From contig JAVLKG010000002.1 in the NCBI GenBank assembly GCA_032128875.1, positions 800,001 to 864,000 on the forward strand: a stretch of 64,000 nucleotides of DNA, read 5' to 3'. Below are positions 29,515 through 38,539 of this stretch, one piece after another. Both the position numbers and the translations under genes were made by a program. The notes under the pieces are model-generated. The model did not search any database. It was not told the origin of the DNA and was given only the letters and a program-made list of their open reading frames with translations. Position 1 is the first letter of the stretch. Every line of letters starts with the position of its first letter. The stretch is from Candidatus Melainabacteria bacterium 17Bon1m (GTDB lineage: Bacteria > Cyanobacteriota > Vampirovibrionia > Obscuribacterales > Obscuribacteraceae).

Positions 29515-29725
29515 CTGAATTGTCATCAAATTGTAACTCTTAGGCTCATATACTCAATACATCAGAGGCGCATGCACTGCGGTGTTTGCTTCACTGATGA
29601 CGATGCGGTTCTCACCGCCCCTTTGAAGAAACGCCAATTCTCAAGGAATAAAACATTCGGCAGAGCGGTTTGCCTGCGAACACATCGCTTTGCCGAATTA
29701 CCAAATTTTTGTACGGGACAGCCGA

Positions 29726-29753
29726 GAAAGGAGGGTTTAACAACCCTCCTTTC
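29726..29753. terminator. Probable terminator hairpin between convergent genes
   Basis: GAAAGGAGGGTT-TAAC-AACCCTCCTTTC. Confidence 0.6.
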
Positions 29754-29796
29754 GCCATGGTGATGATAGTGGAAGCTCTGATTCCAATTTGGGCCG

Positions 29797-30978
29797 CTAC
29801 GATACGGCTGATTCCAAATAAGTCAGCGTACCCTTGCCAGCGTCCAGCCTGACTCGTACGCCAATTGGTGCTGTTAACGACCTGGCTGATTGACCAAGCG
29901 GCATTCCGAAACAACACGGCTTGTTCACAACTTTCATTCTGTCGCCGAAAAGATCTTCTATCGAGTACATGTTGAAGCATTCTTCCGTGCGGCAGTTCTC
30001 GAAGTCTCCCAGAGCGACCGCTGAGGCGTCGTTGAGTGCACCGGCAAGATATAGGTTGGTAAACCAGCGATCAAGTATGCCGTGATCTTCGTTTATGTCT
30101 TCCAAAAACAAAACCGCGTTCTTAAATGATGGCTGATATGGAGTGCCCATGAGAGAACCCAGAGCGGTCAAGTTTCCGCCCAGGAGAGGTCCTTCGGCTG
30201 CACCGTCTACTGCAGCGTACGAATATGCGATTTGAAATTTGTCGTCGGGAATGCGTGCCTTTGATTTTGAGGAACCATCGAACGCTGATTCTAAGGCCCA
30301 ATAGTTTGACTGCACTGCCGGCAAATTCTCTTTGGAGGTGACTGCCAGCTTCATTGCATCAAAGGATTGTTGGCTGGAAATTCGATCCATATTTGGCGCG
30401 TGAAACGTAACCACCCCTGTCATCGCATGAGCAGCGAGAAGAATATGGCAGTTGTCGTCGCTTCCGGCAATTACCTTGGGGTTTCTCTTCAGCAGTTCCC
30501 AATTGATTTTGTCAACCAAATGCAAGGCGCCATAACCGCCTGTAATGCAGAAAATACCGGCGATACTGTCGTCGCTGAGCGCATCACTAAAATCAGACAA
30601 GCGTTCGTCATCGGTGCCAGCCATTGCGCCATAAATCTTCAAAACGTTTTTGCCAACTACCGGTTTGAATCCCATTTTCTCAACGATTGCTCTAGCTCTG
30701 TTTACTGCAGCCGGATTGTGAGGGCGTCCACTAGGTGAAAGGAGAGCAACTTTGTCGCCTGTCTTCAACGCCTTGGGTTTGATTGCGCGTTGGGCTTGTG
30801 ATTTTGATGCAATGGTGGCATTTTCTTCTTTGCCCGCAGTTTTTCCTTGTGCCACCTTATTCATTCCTTGTGAAAAAATTGTCGCTGATATTAGTGCCTT
30901 AGTGCCGCTGTGAATCAGACTTCGCCTGGACAGCAGTTTATGAGTATTTGTGTTTTCGGGGCCGGCTCTGTGAGACAC
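29797..30978 (-). CDS. S66 (LD-carboxypeptidase) family protein with degenerate catalytic residues, Tat signal
   Basis: KPKALK.GD.V, AGTD.ER, GGNL, LFLED; GSDD in place of GYSD, LGQ in place of GH; SRRSLI Tat-like motif. Confidence 0.85.
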   Translation of the reverse strand: MSHRAGPENTNTHKLLSRRSLIHSGTKALISATIFSQGMNKVAQGKTAGKEENATIASKSQAQRAIKPKALKTGDKVALLSPSGRPHNPAAVNRARAIVEKMGFKPVVGKNVLKIYGAMAGTDDERLSDFSDALSDDSIAGIFCITGGYGALHLVDKINWELLKRNPKVIAGSDDNCHILLAAHAMTGVVTFHAPNMDRISSQQSFDAMKLAVTSKENLPAVQSNYWALESAFDGSSKSKARIPDDKFQIAYSYAAVDGAAEGPLLGGNLTALGSLMGTPYQPSFKNAVLFLEDINEDHGILDRWFTNLYLAGALNDASAVALGDFENCRTEECFNMYSIEDLFGDRMKVVNKPCCFGMPLGQSARSLTAPIGVRVRLDAGKGTLTYLESAVS

Positions 30979-30990
30979 TTCTCGTTACCC

Positions 30991-32268
30991 TTAAAGAGTT
31001 GCGCTCTCTTCGATTTTGAATCGAACACCATTATCCGTTGCCTCAAGGGATGCCATCACCCCTAGTGGTATGGTGAATTTTTCTTTGCTGTGACCAAAAC
31101 GCAGTCCATAGATAACAGGTATTCCTAGCCCGCTGAGACGCTGCTCGAGGATTCGATCTAGGCTGAAATTGAGCGGAAAACTGTTTCTTCCGCTGCCGCC
31201 GGGATTGCAATTGGTGCATTCTCCTACAACAATTCCGGCTGCCTTTTCCAGCTTTCCTGCCAGGTGAAGCTGATAAAGCATGCGATCGATTTCGTGAGGT
31301 TCTGCGTCCAGATCTTCAAGGAACAATATCTTTCCTTCCGTATCAATTTCATATGGCGTGCCCATCAACTGCCGAATAAGCGTCATGCAGCCGCCGGTCA
31401 ATCGCCCGCGCGCTTTTCCTTTAGCAATGACAAAGCGTGTGGGCGGACCTTCCGGATTCCAGAGTTCCTTTTCTTCCTTGTCCGTGACCACTCCGATCGG
31501 CTTGTTGTTCATCACCGCTTTTAGATAATTGTGATAGGTGTAAGAACCTTCAAAGAAGCCGCCCATCATTGGTCCGTGAAAAGTTACGAGTCCTGTCTTC
31601 TGATGAATTGCGATAAGAAAAGAAGTGATGTCTGAGTAGCCGACTATTATCTTCGGGTTTTTTGCTATCAAGTCATAATCGATCCCGTTGAGTAGTCTTG
31701 CGGCTCCATTTCCGCCGCGCATCGGCATCACAGCTTTGACTTCAGGATCAGCCCACATGGCGTTGAAGTCGGCGATTCGATTCTCGTCACTTCCTGCAAA
31801 GTCACTATAACTGTCGAACAGATGCTTGCCGACCTTATACTTGAGCCCTACTTTTTTCAGCCACTGGTAAGTGTATTCAATCTCTGATTCGTTTTCTAAG
31901 GGGCTGGCTGGCGCGACAATGCCTACAGTGTCGCCTTTTACCAAGTGTTTTGGTTTTATGATGTTGGCTGCACTGGATGTCGGCATTCCATTTTTTTGCT
32001 CATGTCTACTGTTTTTGCCTGAGCTATTCGCTCTTTCAGACTTGTTCTTGACTGTGTTTTGGATCTTGTCCTTGTCGTTCTCTTTTTCGTTCGATTTGGC
32101 GTCAGCCTTATTTCCTGTGATGCCGACCATAAGAGCAGTGGCAATTCCCGAGAGAAGGTCACGCCTCGGTAGGCGCTCACCGTTCATAACAGATGACGAA
32201 AACGGCAGGTTTTGAGAAAGCTCCATGCTACATACCCGACTAAAAGGGCGACAGCGAGATTTTAGCAT
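30991..32268 (-). CDS. S66 LD-carboxypeptidase, Tat signal
   Basis: RGG, GYSDIT, FHGP, LFLED, FGH triad motifs intact; RRDLL Tat-like motif; start probably at MELSQ or MNGE. Confidence 0.9.
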   Translation of the reverse strand: MLKSRCRPFSRVCSMELSQNLPFSSSVMNGERLPRRDLLSGIATALMVGITGNKADAKSNEKENDKDKIQNTVKNKSERANSSGKNSRHEQKNGMPTSSAANIIKPKHLVKGDTVGIVAPASPLENESEIEYTYQWLKKVGLKYKVGKHLFDSYSDFAGSDENRIADFNAMWADPEVKAVMPMRGGNGAARLLNGIDYDLIAKNPKIIVGYSDITSFLIAIHQKTGLVTFHGPMMGGFFEGSYTYHNYLKAVMNNKPIGVVTDKEEKELWNPEGPPTRFVIAKGKARGRLTGGCMTLIRQLMGTPYEIDTEGKILFLEDLDAEPHEIDRMLYQLHLAGKLEKAAGIVVGECTNCNPGGSGRNSFPLNFSLDRILEQRLSGLGIPVIYGLRFGHSKEKFTIPLGVMASLEATDNGVRFKIEESATL

Positions 32269-32357
32269 TGTATAAGTTTTGCCGGCATCCCCTGTAAGTC
32301 TTTGCTGGCGGACCTTTACGAGCAGAATTATTGGTTTTGACTGGCTTGTTCGCTCGA

Positions 32358-32381
32358 TAGCAAAGTGATATCATTTTGCTA
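32358..32381. promoter_or_regulatory. Palindromic operator upstream of the SPFH-Arc operon
   Basis: TAGCAAAGTGAT|ATCATTTTGCTA, 24 bp with one mismatch. Confidence 0.65.
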
Positions 32382-32418
32382 GCGGTTCGATATTAATTCC
32401 GCAGCGAGGACATCGAAA

Positions 32419-33309
32419 ATGACACAAGAAAAACTCCACTGGCACTTAAGTGGTATCGCCGCATGGCTAGGCTTATTTGTCTTGCTGGCAATTATAGTTT
32501 TCAGCATTGCATCGATCGCAAACATCATCTCCGGCTTTGCCACTCTGTCCATCAAGGATCCAAGCTTGTTGTATTTGCCGGTCGCGGTGCTTGTGGTGTC
32601 GTGTTGGCTTCTGGGCGGATTTACAGTCATTCAACCGAACGAAGCGCTGGTGCTGGTTTTTGTAGGTAATTACAATGGCACGGTGAAGAACAACGGCCTT
32701 GTACTGGTGAATCCTCTTTGTTCAAGAAAGCGCATCAGTCTCAAGTTGCAAAATTTGCATAGCGATATCCTTAAGGTCAATGACAAAAAGGGCAATCCCA
32801 TAGAAATCGGTGCGGTTATCGTTTGGCAGGTTGCCGAGCCTTCTAAAGCAATTTTCGATGTGGATAACTACGCTTTTTTCGTCAAAATTCAAAGCGAAGC
32901 AGCAGTGCGTCATCTAGCCAGCTCGTATGCGTACGACAGCGATGATGACCAGCACACTTTGCGCAGCAGTATTGACGAAGTTTCTCAGGCTCTGCGTGAT
33001 GAATTGAACCAACGTCTTGCCATCGCTGGTATCTCTATTCGCGAGGCTCGCATCGCACACCTTGCGTATGCCCCTGAAATTGCCAATGCCATGCTCAAAC
33101 GCCAGCAAGCCGAAGCTATAATTTCTGCAAGGCGTGCCATCGTCACTGGTGCAGTAAACATCGTGTCCGATGCATTGAAAGAACTGACTGCAGCGCAAGT
33201 CGTCAACCTTGATGACGAACGCAGGGCTGCCATGGTCAGTAACTTGCTTGTCGTTCTGTGCAGTGATACTCAGGCTCAGCCGATCGTGAATGCTGGTTCG
33301 CTGTATTAA
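32419..33309 (+). CDS. SPFH/band-7 domain membrane protein
   Basis: QPNEA.V, LKVND..GNPIEI, HLAYAPEIA.AML.RQQA, AAMVSNLLVVLC, VNAGSLY. Confidence 0.92.
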   Translation: MTQEKLHWHLSGIAAWLGLFVLLAIIVFSIASIANIISGFATLSIKDPSLLYLPVAVLVVSCWLLGGFTVIQPNEALVLVFVGNYNGTVKNNGLVLVNPLCSRKRISLKLQNLHSDILKVNDKKGNPIEIGAVIVWQVAEPSKAIFDVDNYAFFVKIQSEAAVRHLASSYAYDSDDDQHTLRSSIDEVSQALRDELNQRLAIAGISIREARIAHLAYAPEIANAMLKRQQAEAIISARRAIVTGAVNIVSDALKELTAAQVVNLDDERRAAMVSNLLVVLCSDTQAQPIVNAGSLY

Positions 33310-33416
33310 AAGAGATCTCTGAATTATCCGATTCTCCGTATAAAGCATAACCACTAAACGACTGGACGAGCGAGCAACCGAGCAGCCCGATAGCCAAAAG
33401 AAAATAGAGGATTCCC

Positions 33417-33614
33417 GTGTCTCGAAAATCATTTCTTCTGCGAATAGATCAAAAGCTCTACGACGAAATCGAATCGTGGGCACAGCAAGAAATGCGCAGT
33501 GTCAACGGGCAAATTGAGTACATACTTCGCCAGGCGACCCTTAAGTACAAGGGAAAGGGCGGCATCCTCGATTTGAGAACCGGGCAGAAAGAGATGAATG
33601 ACACCCTGGATTGA
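33417..33614 (+). CDS. Arc-like ribbon-helix-helix DNA-binding protein
   Basis: KSFLLRID..LY.....WA..E.RSVNGQIEY.L; GAGG RBS. Confidence 0.85.
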   Translation: MSRKSFLLRIDQKLYDEIESWAQQEMRSVNGQIEYILRQATLKYKGKGGILDLRTGQKEMNDTLD

Positions 33615-33860
33615 GTGGGTTTCCTGGGTGCCGCGGTATGCGTTAGTCTCGGAAATCTTGCCAAGCAGTCCTGTTTTTGCTGGCTTATCGACATTAAACG
33701 TCCGCGCAGGTGGCATCAGTACACCGCAAAAGCCTGTCGACTGTATATCTTGCATCTTTTTAGGCAGACGGATTTCACATCGTAAGTTATAGTTATCAGT
33801 TCTGACTCTAGATTTTGAGTCAAGAACTTCTCATAACGGTAGCTCTCAGTCAAAAGTGTC

Positions 33861-35045
33861 ATGACTTCAACAATGTCCAAAACAGACGGTCTTCCAGCAC
33901 ACCTTGCAAAGCACCTGTCGCTGTTTTCAAACGATCAAAAGAAGTGGCTTGCCAAGTCCGCTGCCTTTGCCGATTCGATTTCGATGGAGGAGACCAAGCG
34001 CTCGGACACTGAGAATACTTTCCGTCGCGATCTTTTCGAAGCCGCATGCAAAGACGGTCTGGGCGCGCTGCCCTTTCCTTCGACTTACGGCGGCTCAGGT
34101 GGTGACTACTTGAGTTTTGTTCTTGTTAATGAAGAGTTCGCGCGCCGTTGCGTTCCGGTGATGAGCTCTCTGGGCGTGCACGTACTCTGCCAGGAGCCTG
34201 TCTACAAGCACGGCACCGAAGAGCAGAAGCAAAAGTATTTGCCCAATTCTGCCAATGGAAAGTATTTGGCTGCATTCGGTTTGACCGAGCCTAATGCCGG
34301 TTCCGACACAGCTGCAATCGCCACCACTGCAAAACTTTCAGGTGACGAGTACATCTTGAATGGGACCAAAACGTTTATTACCAGTGGTGCTTCAGCCGAT
34401 TATTTCATCGTGATGTCCAGGCTTCTCAATGAAGATGGCAGTAAGGAAGGTTCGCCAGGTATTACCGCTTTCATCGTCGAGAAAGATTTCAAAGGATTTG
34501 AAATCGGTCAGAAGTTCGACATGCTGGGAATGCGTGGATATTCGACATGCGAGCTTGTTTTCAGTGATTGTCGCGTTCCTAAGGCAAATATTCTAGGAGC
34601 ACCTGGAGACGGACGGAAGGTGGCATTGGGCAGTCTCGCCAAAGGTCGAGTAACTATTGCTGCCCAGGCTACGGGTTGGGCGCAAGGTGCTCTGGATGCG
34701 GCGTTGAAGGTAGTGTCTGCATCAGGTGGAGCGGATAATGGACAGCTCGACTATTTGATAGGGAGCCTGGTTCTTCTTGTAGAGTCCGCTCGTGCGCTCA
34801 CTTATCAGGCGGCACGCAGCGTGGATTCCGGAGAGGCTGATGTAACGCTGGCAGCAATGGCCAAAATTCAAGCTACTGACGCTGCGATGAAAGTGGCAAC
34901 GGAAGCAATCTCTCTGGCTCAGCAGAGGGGTCTCGAGTCTGATCTATTGTTAGAGCGCATTTTCCGTGATGCTAAAGCTGGACAAATATACGAGGGCACT
35001 AATCAGATTCAGCGTATGCTGATTGCTAGAAGCTTGCTGAAGTAA
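33861..35045 (+). CDS. Acyl-CoA dehydrogenase family protein
   Basis: FGLTEPNAGSD, LNGTKTFITSG, LGMRG, RDAK..QIYEGTNQIQR. Confidence 0.92.
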   Translation: MTSTMSKTDGLPAHLAKHLSLFSNDQKKWLAKSAAFADSISMEETKRSDTENTFRRDLFEAACKDGLGALPFPSTYGGSGGDYLSFVLVNEEFARRCVPVMSSLGVHVLCQEPVYKHGTEEQKQKYLPNSANGKYLAAFGLTEPNAGSDTAAIATTAKLSGDEYILNGTKTFITSGASADYFIVMSRLLNEDGSKEGSPGITAFIVEKDFKGFEIGQKFDMLGMRGYSTCELVFSDCRVPKANILGAPGDGRKVALGSLAKGRVTIAAQATGWAQGALDAALKVVSASGGADNGQLDYLIGSLVLLVESARALTYQAARSVDSGEADVTLAAMAKIQATDAAMKVATEAISLAQQRGLESDLLLERIFRDAKAGQIYEGTNQIQRMLIARSLLK

Positions 35046-35074
35046 AAGCGAGCATTTTCTGAAGAACCAATGTG

Positions 35075-35665
35075 ATGGAAAAAACACCTGAAACACATGC
35101 AGCAGATATTCAACGCAGCGAAGCTGCTGCAGCTTATACTGCGGCATACAGCGGGCCTATTTCAGGAGAGTTGATTCCTGCCCAGTATAAAGTCGGCGCA
35201 GTTTTGGTTTTGATCGCGCTGGCGGTTCCTGTTTTTATGCAACCGAATTTGGTATCAGCGGCCAAAGTGCTGATGTTCTATTTCATGCTATCTGTCGGCT
35301 TAGTCTGCCTGGCTGTCTTCTTTTTCCAGGGCTGGATTCTGGATAAGCTTAGATTGGCTGAAGATATCGCCGACATGGTTCAAGATGAAGCGACTGTTCA
35401 ATTGACTATGGTGAATCACAAGCTGGCCGATTTGAATTATCGTTTTGTTGAAAAACATGATGCATCCACAAGTGAGATGTTGCCTGACTTTCTGAAGAAT
35501 CTCACGCCTTTTGCAATGCTGTTTTTGAATAAAGAAAAGAGCATGATGCGCTGGGCGACTTTGGGCATGAAATTTGCTAAGAGCGCGATGGATCTATATA
35601 AAGCCCGCGAGAATGACTCGAATAGGCATGTCTCACGTGACTATAGAACGCGTGATATTACATGA
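35075..35665 (+). CDS. Hypothetical membrane protein
   Basis: Two TMs; overlaps the crtE start by 4 bp. Confidence 0.7.
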   Translation: MEKTPETHAADIQRSEAAAAYTAAYSGPISGELIPAQYKVGAVLVLIALAVPVFMQPNLVSAAKVLMFYFMLSVGLVCLAVFFFQGWILDKLRLAEDIADMVQDEATVQLTMVNHKLADLNYRFVEKHDASTSEMLPDFLKNLTPFAMLFLNKEKSMMRWATLGMKFAKSAMDLYKARENDSNRHVSRDYRTRDIT

Positions 35666-36762
35666 CCTCAAATATTTCCCAGGGCGTTCAGTCCGAGCCA
35701 GCTTTTAATTTCGAAGCGTATGTCAGTGCGCGTAAATCTCTTATAGAAGAACGTCTGGATCGCTATCTCACATCCGATAAGGGTGGCGTTCTCTGGGAAT
35801 CTATGCGCTATTCCGTCCTTTCGGGTGGTAAGCGTCTGAGAGCTATTCTTTGCCTGGCGGTTGCAGAGGCAATGGCGTCCAGCCGACTTGATGTTCAACT
35901 GGGACCTCAAGGCAGTCTGGCAGCAAGCCATGAAATACAGAAATTGGACCTCGCCGATATTATTGAAATTGCCCTGCCTTGCGCGTGCGCAATTGAGATG
36001 GTGCACGCGATGAGCTTGATTCACGATGACCTGCCTGCGCTTGACAATGATGATTTGAGGCGTGGCAAACCTACAAATCACAAGGTTTACGGAGAAGCTG
36101 TCGCCTTGCTTGCAGGTGATGCGCTGTTAATGTTGGCAAATCAGATCCTTATAGAAGAAACTCCTCGCAGTGTGGATTCCGACACGCTGTTGTCAGTAGT
36201 CTCTGAATTGGCTCGTGCAACCGGTCCTGATGGCATGGTCGGCGGCCAGGTTGCCGACATGATTTATACCGGTGTGCCCGGAAGAGACGGTACTGGTGGC
36301 GGTAAAGATATGTTGCAAAGGGGCGAGATTGCAACAGAATTTCAAGATAGTGTCGATGGGCAGGCGGTTCTCACTGCCAATGTTATGGAAGAGATACATA
36401 GAGCTAAAACCGGTGCGCTTATTAGGTTTTCCGTCTGGTCCGGTGCGCGCCTGGTAGGGGCTCCGCTTGACAGGCTTGATAATTTGGCGCTGTACGGAGA
36501 GGTCCTGGGCCTTGCCTTCCAGATTGCCGACGACCTTTTAGACGTGACCGGCGATGCTGCTACTCTGGGTAAGACACCCGGGAAGGATGAAGCTGCCGAC
36601 AAAGCAACTTTCGTACGTCTCTTCGGCGTCGATGGAGCGCGCGAACGATTGAAAGGTTTGGAAGAAACAGGATTGCGGCTTGTTGAGGAGTGCTGTACTG
36701 ACAAGAGCGGTGTCCCGGCTCTTAAAGCGCTTCTCCAGTATGCTATTCACAGGTCGAATTAA
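35662..36762 (+). CDS. crtE: Geranylgeranyl/farnesyl diphosphate synthase
   Basis: GGKRLR, HDDLPALDNDDLRRGKPT, GQ..D, KTG, FQIADDLLD, GKT.GKD. Confidence 0.9.
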   Translation: MTSNISQGVQSEPAFNFEAYVSARKSLIEERLDRYLTSDKGGVLWESMRYSVLSGGKRLRAILCLAVAEAMASSRLDVQLGPQGSLAASHEIQKLDLADIIEIALPCACAIEMVHAMSLIHDDLPALDNDDLRRGKPTNHKVYGEAVALLAGDALLMLANQILIEETPRSVDSDTLLSVVSELARATGPDGMVGGQVADMIYTGVPGRDGTGGGKDMLQRGEIATEFQDSVDGQAVLTANVMEEIHRAKTGALIRFSVWSGARLVGAPLDRLDNLALYGEVLGLAFQIADDLLDVTGDAATLGKTPGKDEAADKATFVRLFGVDGARERLKGLEETGLRLVEECCTDKSGVPALKALLQYAIHRSN

Positions 36763-36780
36763 CGGAGTCTTTCACTGTCT

Positions 36781-37359
36781 ATGGATTTTTTGTCAGTACC
36801 GCTTTCTTGGCTCGCAGCACTTTATGCGCAAGCTTCTCCCGGTACACAAGCCGCCGTTCAAGGCGCAATGCAAGGAGCGGTGCAAAACCCGCCTCACGAT
36901 CAGCGTGGTTGGCAAGTGATAGTCGTCACTGTGGTGTGCAGTTGCATCGCGCAGTTGGCTAAGATTGTCACTAAGCTGGTGCGCACAGGCCATCTCGATT
37001 TGAGATTGATCGCCAAAACCGGTGGCATGCCGTCCAGTCACAGCTGCTGCACCGTTGGAATGGCAGTTTCGGTGGGACTTATCGAAGGTTTCAATTCAGT
37101 TTCATTCGCTATCGCTTTGGCCTTTGCGATGATCGTTATGTATGACGCGGCAGGCGTAAGACGCACAGTAGGACTGCAAGCGAAGGTTTTGAATCAGATC
37201 ATGACTGAGCTGTTTTCGGAGCATCCGAAGCTCTCATCCGAGCGCATTAAGGAATTTCTAGGACACACGCCGGTCGAGGTATTGGTCGGTGCAGCCCTCG
37301 GAGCGGTCATTGCAGTAGTATTCAATAGCTGGTCTCTGAGCGCGTTTCCACGAGTTTGA
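36781..37359 (+). CDS. Divergent PAP2 family protein (DUF212)
   Basis: TGGMPSSHS, VMYDAAGVRR, LGHTP.EV. Confidence 0.92.
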   Translation: MDFLSVPLSWLAALYAQASPGTQAAVQGAMQGAVQNPPHDQRGWQVIVVTVVCSCIAQLAKIVTKLVRTGHLDLRLIAKTGGMPSSHSCCTVGMAVSVGLIEGFNSVSFAIALAFAMIVMYDAAGVRRTVGLQAKVLNQIMTELFSEHPKLSSERIKEFLGHTPVEVLVGAALGAVIAVVFNSWSLSAFPRV

Positions 37360-37443
37360 TCAAAGCGCCGCTGTGTCTAAAACGCTGCGCTTTATTAAAA
37401 ACATGTGATACATGACTACTGCTCTATTCCGGTAAAGTTGCAC

Positions 37444-37449
37444 TATAAT
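37444..37449 (+). promoter_or_regulatory. Sigma70-type -10 box
   Basis: Perfect TATAAT 5 nt before the first helix of the structured region. Confidence 0.5.
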
Positions 37450-37454
37450 CAAGG

Positions 37455-37830
37455 TCTTGGAAAGGGTTGCCAGGAAAACTCTTAGAAAACCTCAAATGAG
37501 GAAAACGCTAAGAGGAGGGAGCTGGAGGTTATTTCCTCTAGTTTGTCATGCGCTCATTTTGAGTGTTGAACCTGGAAGAGTTTTCAAGAAGTCCGTTGAA
37601 CGCGTTCTCTAATATGCGCGGTAATCGACGGAGTGCGTTGGGAGGTAGCAAAAGCTACGGGTTACAGGCAGCAACGCTGTCGTAAAACAAAAAGCGAAGC
37701 TGCCGTTTAAAAGTAAAAGCAAGCTAGAACTTGCGATACCAGTCGGGTTCCGATTTTCTCAGAAAAGGAGGAAAGGCAGAACAATTAGTCGAAGCATAGT
37801 GCTCTCGTTATTGCTGCTGCCGAAAAGTCA
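37455..37830 (+). ncRNA. Putative large structured RNA or 5' leader, unassigned
   Basis: At least eight nested or serial helices found by eye, with G-U pairs favouring the + strand. Confidence 0.5.
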
Positions 37831-38421
37831 ATGAACACAACGGTGCAAACAAACACTTCTGTGAAGACAACGTCCCCTCGCCGTTCCCGTTTCCCCGGCA
37901 AGGAATCAGGGTCGGTTTCATTCAACTTGACCGCTCTTGGCCGTCAACTGTTGAAGGAACAAGCGGCGTCTGCAGGCGTGTCAAACGGCGATTACGTCGA
38001 AATGCTCATCCGTGAGCGCGCTGGCATGAACCCCCTCAGACTTCCTGCTTCCGCTAAGCAGACAGGTCCTAAAGGTGGCGCCAAATCGTTCTTCTTCGGA
38101 AAGAATAGAGGTACAACAACCGCAGTATGTGTCACACCTATGGCACACAGACTGCTCGATGAACAAGTAGCTGCTTCTCGCATGAGCCGCGGCGACTATA
38201 TCGAGTATCTGCTGCGCGAAAAAGCAGGCTTGCTCGATGAAAGCATCAAAGCCGCTGTAGCCGCTGCTCAAGCACAAGCAGCACAAGCTCCTGCAGCTCC
38301 GATCGCTCAACCGCAAACCTCTTTTGCCCCCCCGGTACAAGAGCCGGTCGCTGTAGAACCAACTCCATACGTTCAACCGTTCCAAACACCGGTTACGAAC
38401 GACTGGGGATTCAACAGCTAA
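37831..38421 (+). CDS. Tandem ribbon-helix-helix (CopG-like) protein with Pro/Gln-rich tail
   Basis: Two internal repeats: VSFNLT..GRQLLKEQA...GVSNGDYVE.LIRERAG and TAVCVT..AHRLLDEQV...RMSRGDYIEYLLREKAG. Confidence 0.75.
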   Translation: MNTTVQTNTSVKTTSPRRSRFPGKESGSVSFNLTALGRQLLKEQAASAGVSNGDYVEMLIRERAGMNPLRLPASAKQTGPKGGAKSFFFGKNRGTTTAVCVTPMAHRLLDEQVAASRMSRGDYIEYLLREKAGLLDESIKAAVAAAQAQAAQAPAAPIAQPQTSFAPPVQEPVAVEPTPYVQPFQTPVTNDWGFNS

Positions 38422-38462
38422 CCTTGTAAATCCAACAGTACGTTCCTCCTTTCGTTTCTTGG

Positions 38463-38498
38463 AAGGTCCCTGCTTTGACGCAGGGACCTTTCCTTTTT
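38463..38498 (+). terminator. Intrinsic terminator
   Basis: AAGGTCCCTGC-TTTGAC-GCAGGGACCTT then TCCTTTTT. Confidence 0.85.
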
Positions 38499-38539
38499 GA
38501 TATTTGGACTTGGTTGTCCAGAAGTTTGAAACTGCTAGG

